Below are positions 10,205 to 19,052 of a DNA stretch of 64,000 nucleotides, one piece after another. A program made the translations under genes and the position numbers. Position 1 is the first letter of the stretch. Every line of letters begins with the position of its first letter. Under the pieces are notes generated by a model that was given only the letters and a program-made list of their open reading frames with translations, did no database searches and was not told where the DNA came from. The stretch is taken from contig CAZHWR010000003.1 in the NCBI GenBank assembly GCA_964536085.1, forward strand, positions 1,540-65,539. Reading direction: 5' to 3'. This DNA is from an uncultured Oscillospiraceae bacterium. GTDB taxonomy: Bacteria; Bacillota; Clostridia; Oscillospirales; Ruminococcaceae.

Positions 10205-11851
10205 ATGGACTGTAAAAAATTAGCGGAGCTTTTATTTCCAAATGTTGTTAAGACCCCGCAGGAGGTCATTGCACAGTATCCGAAGCGCGAGCTGCCGGAG
10301 GGTGCCAAGGTCACGAGGATGGGTCCGAGCCCGACGGGATTTATGCATCTGGGCAATCTTTACGGAGCACTGGTCGATGAACGTGTCGCGCATCAGTCGG
10401 GCGGAGTGTTTTATTTAAGAATAGAGGACACCGACAAAAAGCGTGAAGTCGAGGGCGGAGTGCAGACGATTATCGATTCTTTCACTCGGTTCGGGCTTAG
10501 CTTCGACGAGGGCGTTACCGAATCGGGCGAAAAGGGCGAATACGGCCCGTACAGACAAAGCATGCGCGCGGACATATACGCCGTGTTTGTCAAAAGCCTT
10601 GTCGAGCGGGGAATGGCTTATCCCTGCTTCTGCACCGAGGAGGAACTGAAATCCGCTCATGAGCAGCAGGAAAAGAATAAGGAAAACTTTGGATATTATG
10701 GAAAATACGCCGTGTGGCGCGATAGGTCTGTAGAAGAAATAGAAAAAAAGCTCGCTGAAGGCGTGCCGTATGTCGTCCGCTTTCGCTCCGAGGGCAGTAT
10801 TGAAAATAAGATACGCCACGAGGATCTTATCAAAGGCAAAATGAAACTGACTGAAAACGATCAGGACGTTGTTATAATGAAGTCGGACGGTATTCCGACC
10901 TATCATTTCGCCCATGTTATCGACGATTATCTGATGGGAACGACGGTCGTCGTGCGCGGAGAGGAATGGCTCGCGACGCTTCCCGTGCATTTGCAGCTTT
11001 ACAGGGCGCTTGGCTTCAAGCCTCCGAAATACGCTCACACGCCTCAGCTTATGAAGCTGGACGGCGGCTCAAAAAGAAAGCTGAGCAAGCGGCTTGACCC
11101 CGAGCTTGCGCTTTCGTATTACTACAAGGCGGGATATCCCGTTGCGAGCGTTATGGAATATCTGATGACGCTTTTAAATTCAAACTACGAGGAATGGCGC
11201 AGGGCAAATCCCGATAAGCCGATGAACGATTTTCCTTTTTCAATCAAGAAAATGGGCGTTTCCGGCGCGCTGTTTGACATCGAAAAACTCAACGACGTTT
11301 CCAAAAACGTCGTATCCAGGATGACGGCGGACGAGCTTTATGAGCTCGCAGCCGATTGGAGTCGCGAAAACGACCCCGAATTTCACAGCCTGTTCACCCG
11401 CGACCCTCAGCTTTCCAAGGCGTTTTTGGCAATCGGACGCGGCGGCAAAAAGCCGAGAAAGGATATCGCGCTGTTTTCAGACGTCAAGCCGTATATCGAC
11501 TTTATGTTCGACGAGCTTTTTTTGCCCGACTACACGCTTCCCGAAAATGTTTCGTCCGAGGACGCAAAAGGGATTTTGAACGATTTTGCGAATCTGTTCG
11601 ATGAAAACGACACTCCCGATGAATTTTTTGAAAAGATAAAAACGCTCGCGGAAAAATACGACTACGCCACCGAAACAAAGCTGTACAAGCAAAATCCCGA
11701 GGCATATAAGGGTCCCGTCGGGGATGTTTCGATGGTTGTAAGAATCGCGGTCGCAGGGCGGCAGAACGCCCCCGATTTGCAGAGCGTTATGAAGATTATG
11801 GGAAAAGAAAGCGTAATAAAACGGCTTGCACAGGCGGCAGACGCTGTATAG
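10205..11851 (+). CDS. gltX: Glutamate--tRNA ligase
   Basis: Class I aaRS HIGH-type motif PSPTGFMHLGN and KMSKS-type motif KLSKR. At 548 aa the size fits the long clostridial GluRS form. Confidence 0.9.
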   Translation: MDCKKLAELLFPNVVKTPQEVIAQYPKRELPEGAKVTRMGPSPTGFMHLGNLYGALVDERVAHQSGGVFYLRIEDTDKKREVEGGVQTIIDSFTRFGLSFDEGVTESGEKGEYGPYRQSMRADIYAVFVKSLVERGMAYPCFCTEEELKSAHEQQEKNKENFGYYGKYAVWRDRSVEEIEKKLAEGVPYVVRFRSEGSIENKIRHEDLIKGKMKLTENDQDVVIMKSDGIPTYHFAHVIDDYLMGTTVVVRGEEWLATLPVHLQLYRALGFKPPKYAHTPQLMKLDGGSKRKLSKRLDPELALSYYYKAGYPVASVMEYLMTLLNSNYEEWRRANPDKPMNDFPFSIKKMGVSGALFDIEKLNDVSKNVVSRMTADELYELAADWSRENDPEFHSLFTRDPQLSKAFLAIGRGGKKPRKDIALFSDVKPYIDFMFDELFLPDYTLPENVSSEDAKGILNDFANLFDENDTPDEFFEKIKTLAEKYDYATETKLYKQNPEAYKGPVGDVSMVVRIAVAGRQNAPDLQSVMKIMGKESVIKRLAQAADAV

Positions 11852-11883
11852 CGACATAAATCCCAAAGGAAAGGCATGATAAA

Positions 11884-13536
11884 ATGGAAGAGGTTTCAAA
11901 TTTCATCACCGATATTGTAGACAAGGATATAGCCGAGGGCTTTAAGGAGGAAATTCACACGCGGTTTCCGCCGGAGCCCAACGGATATCTGCATATAGGC
12001 TCGGCGAAGGCGATATATATTAACTGGTCCACCGCGAAAAAATACGGCGGAAAGTTCAATCTGCGCTTTGACGACACCAACCCTGTGCGCGAGGACGACG
12101 AGTATGTGAAGTCGATATACGAGGACATTAAGTGGCTGATAGGGGAAGACCCGAACGGCGGAGTGTTTTACGGCTCGGATTATTTCGACAAATGCTACGA
12201 GTGCGCCGTGCAGCTTATTAAAGACGGCAAGGCGTATGTCTGCGACCTTTCGCAGGAGCAGATGCGGGAGTATCGCGGAACGCTCACGCAGGGCGGGAAA
12301 AACAGCCCTTACAGGGACAGAACGGTTGAAGAAAACCTCGACTTGTTCGAGCGGATGAAGGCGGGTGAGTTTGCGGACGGCTCAAAGACGCTGCGCGCGA
12401 AAATCGATATGTCGTCTCCGAATTTCAATATGCGTGACCCGGCTATCTACAGGATCGTGAGAGCACATCATCACCGTCAGGGGGATAAGTGGTGCATCTA
12501 TCCGCTTTACGACTTTGCCCATCCGATTCAGGACGCGGTGGAGGGAATAACCCACTCGCTGTGTTCGATAGAGTTTGAAAACCACCGCCCGCTTTACGAT
12601 TGGGTGGTCGAAAACTGTCCGCTTGACTGCCGTCCGCACCAGTATGAATTTGCGCGGCTGAATGTTACCAACACGGTTATGTCAAAGCGGTATCTGCGCC
12701 GTTTGGTGTTTGAAAAATATGTCGACGGCTGGGACGACCCCCGCATGCCCACACTTTGCGGACTGCGCCGCCGCGGGTTTACGCCCGAGTCGGTTCTGGA
12801 CTTTGTAAAAAGATCGGGAATCGCCAAGGCGAATTCGCTTTCGGATATCAGGCTGCTTGAACACTGTATACGCGAAGAATTAAACGAAACCGCCGACCGC
12901 AAAATGGCGGTTACCGAGCCTATAAAGCTGACTGTTATAAACTACCCGGAGGATAAAGCCGAGTATTTTGAAATACCGAACAACCCGCGTGACGAATCGG
13001 CGGGAACAAGAAGCGTTCCGTTCACTAAGGAGCTGTACATCGAAAAAGCCGATTTTGCTGTTGTTCCTCCGCCCAAGTTTCAAAGACTTAAGCCGGGCGG
13101 TGAGGTGCGCCTGATGGGCGCGTATATCGTGCGGTGCGACGAGGTTATAACTGATGACGACGGAAACGTCAAAGAGCTTTTGTGCTCGGCGGATTTAGAG
13201 ACTGCGAACGGCATGCCGAAAGACGGACGCAAAGTTCGCGGCACCATTCACTGGGTTAGCGCAAAGCATGCGGTTTCAGCGGACGTATATCTTTACGACA
13301 AGCTGTTTTCAATCGAAAACACAGCGGATATTCCCGAGGATGAGGATTATGTGGATTATCTGAATCCGGAATCGCTCGTGGTGCAAAAGGACTGCAAATT
13401 AGAGCCTTCCGCAGCGGATGTTCCGACTGGCACGCGTATGCAGTTTGTCCGTTTGGGATATTTTATAAAGGATTCAGACGGTCGTTTTAACAGAATTGTG
13501 ACGCTTAAGGACAGCTTTTCAAAAACGCTGAAATAG
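11884..13536 (+). CDS. glnS: Glutamine--tRNA ligase
   Basis: FPPEPNGYLHIGSAKA (HIGH), VMSKR (KMSKS) and the C-terminal anticodon-binding beta-barrel region typical of GlnRS. Confidence 0.9.
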   Translation: MEEVSNFITDIVDKDIAEGFKEEIHTRFPPEPNGYLHIGSAKAIYINWSTAKKYGGKFNLRFDDTNPVREDDEYVKSIYEDIKWLIGEDPNGGVFYGSDYFDKCYECAVQLIKDGKAYVCDLSQEQMREYRGTLTQGGKNSPYRDRTVEENLDLFERMKAGEFADGSKTLRAKIDMSSPNFNMRDPAIYRIVRAHHHRQGDKWCIYPLYDFAHPIQDAVEGITHSLCSIEFENHRPLYDWVVENCPLDCRPHQYEFARLNVTNTVMSKRYLRRLVFEKYVDGWDDPRMPTLCGLRRRGFTPESVLDFVKRSGIAKANSLSDIRLLEHCIREELNETADRKMAVTEPIKLTVINYPEDKAEYFEIPNNPRDESAGTRSVPFTKELYIEKADFAVVPPPKFQRLKPGGEVRLMGAYIVRCDEVITDDDGNVKELLCSADLETANGMPKDGRKVRGTIHWVSAKHAVSADVYLYDKLFSIENTADIPEDEDYVDYLNPESLVVQKDCKLEPSAADVPTGTRMQFVRLGYFIKDSDGRFNRIVTLKDSFSKTLK

Positions 13537-13642
13537 TTCTGCATATTTTGTGTTAAACCGCGAAAAATGCAAAAATTAAGTGTATTATGTAGCTTGTTTA
13601 TACATTTTATATATTTTATCTAAGAGAAAACAGGTGTGAACT

Positions 13643-14086
13643 GTGAACATTAAATACTATAAATGCCCCAAAAGGTCGATTTTACTGCCGGAGATCACCG
13701 TTGCGGCGCTTTACGCGGCGCTGATGGTGGTCATGTGCGTTATTTTCACGCCGTTTTCGATAGTGTTTAATTGTATATTCTTTCCGATTACGGCGATAGC
13801 TGTTTTTTATGACGCCGTCTACTTTCCGCTTTATTTCAGATCCATAAAATTCAGCGTAGGCGAAAATGAGATCGGATATCAAAGCGGAGTGTTTGCCAAC
13901 CGGCGCAGATTTATGAGCCGCGAGCGGGTTGTTTTCATTTCGCTTATAAAAACTCCCTTTACACCGATTTTGAGAATAGTTATTTTGAGAATTATGGCGA
14001 CGGGAAGCATGATATCCATACCGTTTGTCGGCAAATCAGACGCTGAAGAGATCATTTCCGTTTTATCGCCGGAGCTTAAACAGTAA
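13643..14086 (+). CDS. Membrane PH-domain protein (YdbS-like, bPH_2)
   Basis: Two N-terminal TM helices followed by a short soluble domain. Paired with the downstream YdbT-like gene as in Bacillus ydbST. Confidence 0.65.
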   Translation: MNIKYYKCPKRSILLPEITVAALYAALMVVMCVIFTPFSIVFNCIFFPITAIAVFYDAVYFPLYFRSIKFSVGENEIGYQSGVFANRRRFMSRERVVFISLIKTPFTPILRIVILRIMATGSMISIPFVGKSDAEEIISVLSPELKQ

Positions 14087-14107
14087 TCAAAAAGGGGCAA
14101 AAGCAAA

Positions 14108-15649
14108 ATGGAGTACAAACGTCCGCATCCGATAAATATTGTTGAAAGCACAAGCAGATTTTGGGCGCTGCTGCTTTTGCCTGTTCTGCGCGGCCTTTTG
14201 TTTTCGGGCGGTGCGTTTTCCCAGTGGGCGTCCGGCGCGTGGTTTGATATTCTGGTTTTAACGGGGATAATTTCGCTCGGCGTTGTTTCGTGGTATTTTA
14301 ACACCTATGCTTTTGACGAAAAGGGGATTTATGTTAGCCGCGGTATCGTGGTAAAGCGAAAGCTGTTTATCCCGTATTCGCGTCTTGCGACGATGTCGGT
14401 GGAGTATCCGTTTTATCTTGCTCCGTTTAAAGCCGTCCATCTTTGTGCAGACACCGACGCGGGTTTTTCCAACATTTCTGATTTTAAACTGACGATGCGC
14501 AAATCCGAAGCGCAAAAGCTGTGCAGTTTTAGGAAACAGCCGTATAAAATGAACGACAAGCTTAAAAGGGTTTACCGCCCGAAGGGCTTATATGTAGCTA
14601 TTCTTTCGGTGCTTACATCGAATACCTTAACGGGAGTTTTGTTCTTTTCCGCACTTATATCCCAGTTCGGCAATCTTCTGGGTCAGGAATTTGAAGACAG
14701 GGTGTTTGAATCGCTGACGGCGCTTGCGCGCGTACTTGCGTTCGGGATTCCTCCGGTTGCGGCGATAATCGCATATGTTTTGCTGGGCGGCTGGCTTGTT
14801 TCTTTTTTGATGAATTTAATACGCAACAAGGATTTTGAAGTTATAAGACAAGGCGGGATTTTGGAAATATCGGCGGGGATAATAACTTCGCGGTATTATT
14901 CGATAACTACAAAGCGAGTGAATCTTATAGAAGTACACCAAAGCCTGCTCACAAAGCTGTTTGGATTTTTCACGGTATACATTCATTCCTCCGGTTACGG
15001 AAAACAGAAATATTCCCGTTCGGTTTTGATTCCCGCAGCGGACAAATTTGAAGCAAGGCGCAATCTCGGCGTTTTGCTTCCCGAAATCACCATGGGAAAA
15101 AGGCAGATAAGACCTTCGTTTAAAACATTGACGCGGTTTTTGATTCCGCCGTGCGGGTTTATGCTGGCGTTTTTCGCTATGTATTTGGTGCTGAGTTGGT
15201 TGTTTCCAAGCTTCGGCGATATAATTCTATTTTTGAGTATAATGGCAGAGCTGCCGGCGGTTTGGTGGCTGTTTGTTAAAATTGCCTCGTTTACTCACAC
15301 GGGGATAGGTCTTCAAAACGGGGTCTACACGTTTAGCTGTACCTACGCATACGGGTTTTATATAACCTCAGTGCCGAAAAGAAGGATCACGCAGGTGATA
15401 ATCCGCCAAAGCCTGTTTCAGAAGATATCAAACTGCTGCGATATTATCGTATATGCTTATTCCGAAGGAAGAAAAAGGCGCGTTGTGAACAATATCCCGA
15501 TTGTGGCGGCGTATGATATATTTGGGTTTAAAATGGATCCGAACGAGCGGGAAAAGGTATTGGCAAAAGAGAGAAAGCAGGCTAATCAGTATAAGCTGAT
15601 CAGGAAAATATTGGCTAAAATAAGGCAGAAAAAAGCTTCGGAGCAGTAA
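14108..15649 (+). CDS. Membrane protein with triplicated bPH_2 domains (YdbT-like)
   Basis: 513 aa with three repeats, each a TM hairpin plus a soluble module (for example GIYVSRGIVVKRKLFIPYSRL, GILEISAGIITSRYYSITTKRVNLIE). Confidence 0.65.
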   Translation: MEYKRPHPINIVESTSRFWALLLLPVLRGLLFSGGAFSQWASGAWFDILVLTGIISLGVVSWYFNTYAFDEKGIYVSRGIVVKRKLFIPYSRLATMSVEYPFYLAPFKAVHLCADTDAGFSNISDFKLTMRKSEAQKLCSFRKQPYKMNDKLKRVYRPKGLYVAILSVLTSNTLTGVLFFSALISQFGNLLGQEFEDRVFESLTALARVLAFGIPPVAAIIAYVLLGGWLVSFLMNLIRNKDFEVIRQGGILEISAGIITSRYYSITTKRVNLIEVHQSLLTKLFGFFTVYIHSSGYGKQKYSRSVLIPAADKFEARRNLGVLLPEITMGKRQIRPSFKTLTRFLIPPCGFMLAFFAMYLVLSWLFPSFGDIILFLSIMAELPAVWWLFVKIASFTHTGIGLQNGVYTFSCTYAYGFYITSVPKRRITQVIIRQSLFQKISNCCDIIVYAYSEGRKRRVVNNIPIVAAYDIFGFKMDPNEREKVLAKERKQANQYKLIRKILAKIRQKKASEQ

Positions 15650-15679
15650 AGCTGTTCCGAAGCTTTTTGGGTTATTTCA

Positions 15680-16531
15680 TTATTGTTTTTTTCTGTATTC
15701 CTCCGGCATGGCAGTTTCGCAGGTGCGGATATAATGAAATATGTACTGCTGGGCAATGCCGCCGTACGGCTTTGCAAAATCAGGGAAGCCGTCCTTGTAA
15801 AAGTAATCGAGCGCGCGCTTCATCCAAACGTCTATCGGGAACGCTTCGATTCGGTGGAATCCGAAAAGCAAAACGCATGCTGAGACCTTCGGTCCAACGC
15901 CGCGTATCGACTGCAAAAGCTCGTCTGCCTGTTCGATAGGCATTGATTGTATCGCTTTGATATCCACCTTGCCGGAGGCGATTTTCTGCGCTGCGTCGAT
16001 GATATATTTATTGCGAAAGCCCGCGCGCAGCGGAGCGAGATCGTCAGGAGAAAGGCGGGCTATGACCTCGGCTGTCGGGAACGAATAGGCGGTTTCGGAT
16101 ATCCGCTCTCCGAATTGCTCGCACAGCCGCTCGACTATCGAGCGTATGCGGGGGATATTGTTGTTTTGCGATATTATAAACGAGCAGACGGCTTCCCATG
16201 GGTCTTGTTTTAATATCCGAATGCCATGCGCATAACGGCAGGCTTTGCTTAAAACATCGTCCTTTGATAGCAGAGCTTTGATTTTTGAATAATCTGTGCC
16301 GAAATCGAAATAGTCGTTCCAGATATTTTCAAAGTCCTCGGCGGACGTATTGTAAAAGACCACCTCATCTTGCTTTGAGCCGATCGTCAGCTCACGGCCG
16401 AAAGCGACGCCGTGAAAGCTGTTGTCTTCAAGCTTCGTCCAGCGGAAGCACTGACCGCAGTCAAATGTCTGCTGAGGGTCAAAATCTTTTGCGGTGATGT
16501 ATAGGTCGTTTCCTGAGATGCGTGTTTTCAT
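15680..16531 (-). CDS. 8-oxoguanine DNA glycosylase / HhH-GPD family N-glycosylase-lyase (Ogg-type)
   Basis: Helix-hairpin-helix GVGPKVSACVLLFG with the Lys, followed by the conserved Asp (FPIDVW). N-terminal OGG_N-like region (GQCFRW). Confidence 0.8.
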   Translation of the reverse strand: MKTRISGNDLYITAKDFDPQQTFDCGQCFRWTKLEDNSFHGVAFGRELTIGSKQDEVVFYNTSAEDFENIWNDYFDFGTDYSKIKALLSKDDVLSKACRYAHGIRILKQDPWEAVCSFIISQNNNIPRIRSIVERLCEQFGERISETAYSFPTAEVIARLSPDDLAPLRAGFRNKYIIDAAQKIASGKVDIKAIQSMPIEQADELLQSIRGVGPKVSACVLLFGFHRIEAFPIDVWMKRALDYFYKDGFPDFAKPYGGIAQQYIFHYIRTCETAMPEEYRKKQ

Positions 16532-16752
16532 TGTAAAAACCTTTCTTTAAGCCGTAAAATATGGTAAACTGTAATTGTATATACAATCTGCGGGCTTTGA
16601 AGCTTTGGCTGAATATGAATAAGACGCTTGAATTTTTGCAATTGCTGCAAAAAGAAAAGACCGACGCATATTAAAGCCTTTCTTTTATTTGTTATTATAC
16701 CAATTTTCATGGTTTTTCACAACTGAAATTATATATTTTACGGAGGTATCGC

Positions 16753-17439
16753 ATGAAAGAAAGCATTTATACAATCCCGATAAACGAAATTTTTGAAAAA
16801 AAATGCGGCTGTCCTATTTGCAGCATGCAGACGATATTTGAACAGCGCTCGGTCGAGTATATTTTGGGTGCTGCGATGATGGAGCCGGATATAAGAATAG
16901 AAACCAACGAGCTTGGCTTCTGTGAGCGTCACTATGTTCAGATGCTGGGCAAAAAAGACAGGCTGTCGATGGCGCTAACACTTGAGTCTCATCTTGATCA
17001 TATCAAAAAGGATATTTTAAAGGGAAAGGTCGGTATAATCAAAACAGCCCCGGCGAAAAAAGCCGAAAAGCTTTCCAACACCTGTTTTGTATGCGATCAT
17101 GTTCATGGGGCGATGGAGTCGGCCTTGAACAACACGCTTGATATGTACGCCGAAAAGGATGCATTCCGCGAGCTTTTTTCCGAACAGGAGGCGTTTTGCC
17201 TGCCGCACTATCAGCTTTTGTGCAACGCCGCTGAAAAAAGACTGCCGAAGGAGCATAAAAACACACTTATCAAAGCGGCTACAAGGATAGCGTCCGAGTA
17301 TCTTGATAAGCTTTCGCAGGATGTTTCAAAGTTCTGCCGCATGTTTGATTACAGAAATTCCGGTGCGGACACAGACTGGGGTACGTCCAGGGATTCCATC
17401 GAGCGGGCAGTGTGGTTTTTGACCTCTCATAAAGAGTAA
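16753..17439 (+). CDS. Cys-rich hypothetical protein (DUF6062-like)
   Basis: 228 aa with paired CxxC/CxxH motifs (CGCPICS, CERHY, CFVCDH, CLPHY) suggesting zinc binding. The family assignment is from memory only. Confidence 0.5.
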   Translation: MKESIYTIPINEIFEKKCGCPICSMQTIFEQRSVEYILGAAMMEPDIRIETNELGFCERHYVQMLGKKDRLSMALTLESHLDHIKKDILKGKVGIIKTAPAKKAEKLSNTCFVCDHVHGAMESALNNTLDMYAEKDAFRELFSEQEAFCLPHYQLLCNAAEKRLPKEHKNTLIKAATRIASEYLDKLSQDVSKFCRMFDYRNSGADTDWGTSRDSIERAVWFLTSHKE

Positions 17440-17526
17440 CGGAATGTATACAGATAGTATGACGGAGTTTTCAACGTAGAACATACATTTTCTCTCAACA
17501 ATTTTACATTGAAATAATGGGACTTT

Positions 17527-17597
17527 TCAACTTTTTCAACAGAATTATCAACATAATTTTGAGGATGTTTTCAACTCTTTCAACAGAGTTTTCAACA
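17527..17597 (+). repeat. Phased TCAAC(A) direct-repeat array (two units of about 30 bp, three motifs each)
   Basis: TCAAC at 17527, 17536, 17548, 17571, 17580 and 17592, mostly as TTTTCAACA. Further copies at 17471, 17505 and 17664. Confidence 0.8.
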
Positions 17598-17749
17598 GTC
17601 CATAATCGGATTTTGATTACAATTTGTATAAAAACAGGGTATAGAGAGGCTTTTTGGCAATAATCAACAATAGTTTTCCTGTTTTGGAATTAATTTCCGG
17701 CGAACGGTCAATGCTGTATATAAAATCCAAAATGAGAGGAAATCAGAGG

Positions 17750-18010
17750 ATGAAAAACGGCGTAAACAAACAGATAATTGAGGTCAAAAAAACCGATAAT
17801 CCTTATTTTGAACGGGTTATTTTTATTGTCAATCCGGAGAAAAGTCATGTTAACAACAGGGAAAAACGATTTCAGGCAACGAGATTTTTAAACAGCTTCT
17901 GTTCAAAAGGCGAGAGGAAAAGCAGAATTAAAAATATTGTTTTTTCGGTGATAAAAATATCGTCTGCGGCGGCGGCAGGAGCCGCGGCGGCGTGCCTTAT
18001 AAAAATGTAG
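17750..18010 (+). CDS. Small hypothetical protein with C-terminal hydrophobic Ala-rich tail
   Basis: The ATG at 17750 follows GAGAGGA. 86 aa (MKNGVNKQIIEVKKTDNPYFERVIFIV...). No known motif. The ORF-track start at 17654 is probably too early. Confidence 0.35.
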   Translation: MKNGVNKQIIEVKKTDNPYFERVIFIVNPEKSHVNNREKRFQATRFLNSFCSKGERKSRIKNIVFSVIKISSAAAAGAAAACLIKM

Positions 18011-18263
18011 CGGATAATTTGTCGGATAATGTTAATTTTAAGTTTCGCGCACGTGATATTTGTGTTATAATAAATCTCAGAGAGGTCATTATACTTGTTT
18101 ATTCTTATTGGCGTGCGCCTCGCCGCATATATCGGCAAGCGGTGCAATTGCCGATAATATAATATAGTTTGCATTTATCGGATGATTGCATTTAAGAGTA
18201 AGATTGAGCAAAGCTGCGCATATGCGCTTTTATTGAATTTAGACGGACGGGGTGATGAGTTAG

Positions 18264-19025
18264 ATGCAGGAGGAATATTCGGCTGTTGCCGTGGGGAGAA
18301 ATGCGGCCGCCGAAATGTTAAAAAGCGACGTCACGCCCGACACGTTGTATATTTTACAGGGCAGTGAATCATCAGCGCTCAGAAAGCTAGTTTATGAGGC
18401 AAAGAAAAAGGGCGCTGTTATTAAGCGGGTAAACTCGGCCAAGCTGAAAGCGCTTTCGGGCGGCGTCAATCATCAGGGCGTTGTGTGTGTCGCTTCGGCG
18501 GCTCAGTACGCGACGGTCGACGATATTTTTGAATCGGCGCAGAAAAAGGGAACGCCGCCGTTTATAATACTGGCGGACGAAATTGAAGATCCGCATAATC
18601 TCGGCGCGATAATAAGAACTGCCGAAGCCGCGGGAGCGGACGGCGTTATCATACCTAAGCGCAGGAGCGTGTCGCTCACGGCGGCGGTGTTTAAGACGAG
18701 TGCTGGGGCGCTCAGCCATATGCCTGTGGCAAGGGTGTCGAATTTGGCGGCCACTGCGGACGAGCTTAAAAAACGCGGGGTTTGGCTTTACGCCGCCGAT
18801 ATGGACGGCTCCGACTGGTGCGGCACCGATTATTCGGGCGCTGTCGGGCTTGTTATCGGCTCGGAGGGCAGAGGGGTGTCGCATCTATTAAAGCAAAAGT
18901 GTGATTTTGTGGTCAGCCTTAAAATGTGCGGCATGGTCAATTCGCTCAACGCCTCGGTGGCCGGAGGAATCATAATGTACGAAATCTGCCGCCAGCGAAA
19001 CGGAATAACGGCGCGCAACAAATAA
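18264..19025 (+). CDS. rlmB: 23S rRNA (guanosine-2'-O)-methyltransferase, SpoU/TrmH family
   Basis: SpoU_sub_bind N-terminal region plus TrmH motifs (ILADEIEDPHNLGAIIRTAEAAG, LVIGSEGRGVS, SLNASVAGGI). Confidence 0.88.
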   Translation: MQEEYSAVAVGRNAAAEMLKSDVTPDTLYILQGSESSALRKLVYEAKKKGAVIKRVNSAKLKALSGGVNHQGVVCVASAAQYATVDDIFESAQKKGTPPFIILADEIEDPHNLGAIIRTAEAAGADGVIIPKRRSVSLTAAVFKTSAGALSHMPVARVSNLAATADELKKRGVWLYAADMDGSDWCGTDYSGAVGLVIGSEGRGVSHLLKQKCDFVVSLKMCGMVNSLNASVAGGIIMYEICRQRNGITARNK

Positions 19026-19052
19026 CTAAGAATTGAACGGGTGGGAAAGCGT

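Noticed and set aside
17469-17670. The TCAAC array as a DnaA-box cluster or oriC
   Set aside because: TTTTCAACA differs from TTATCCACA at two fixed positions in every copy. There is no dnaA/dnaN or AT-rich unwinding element adjacent, and all copies are on the same strand.
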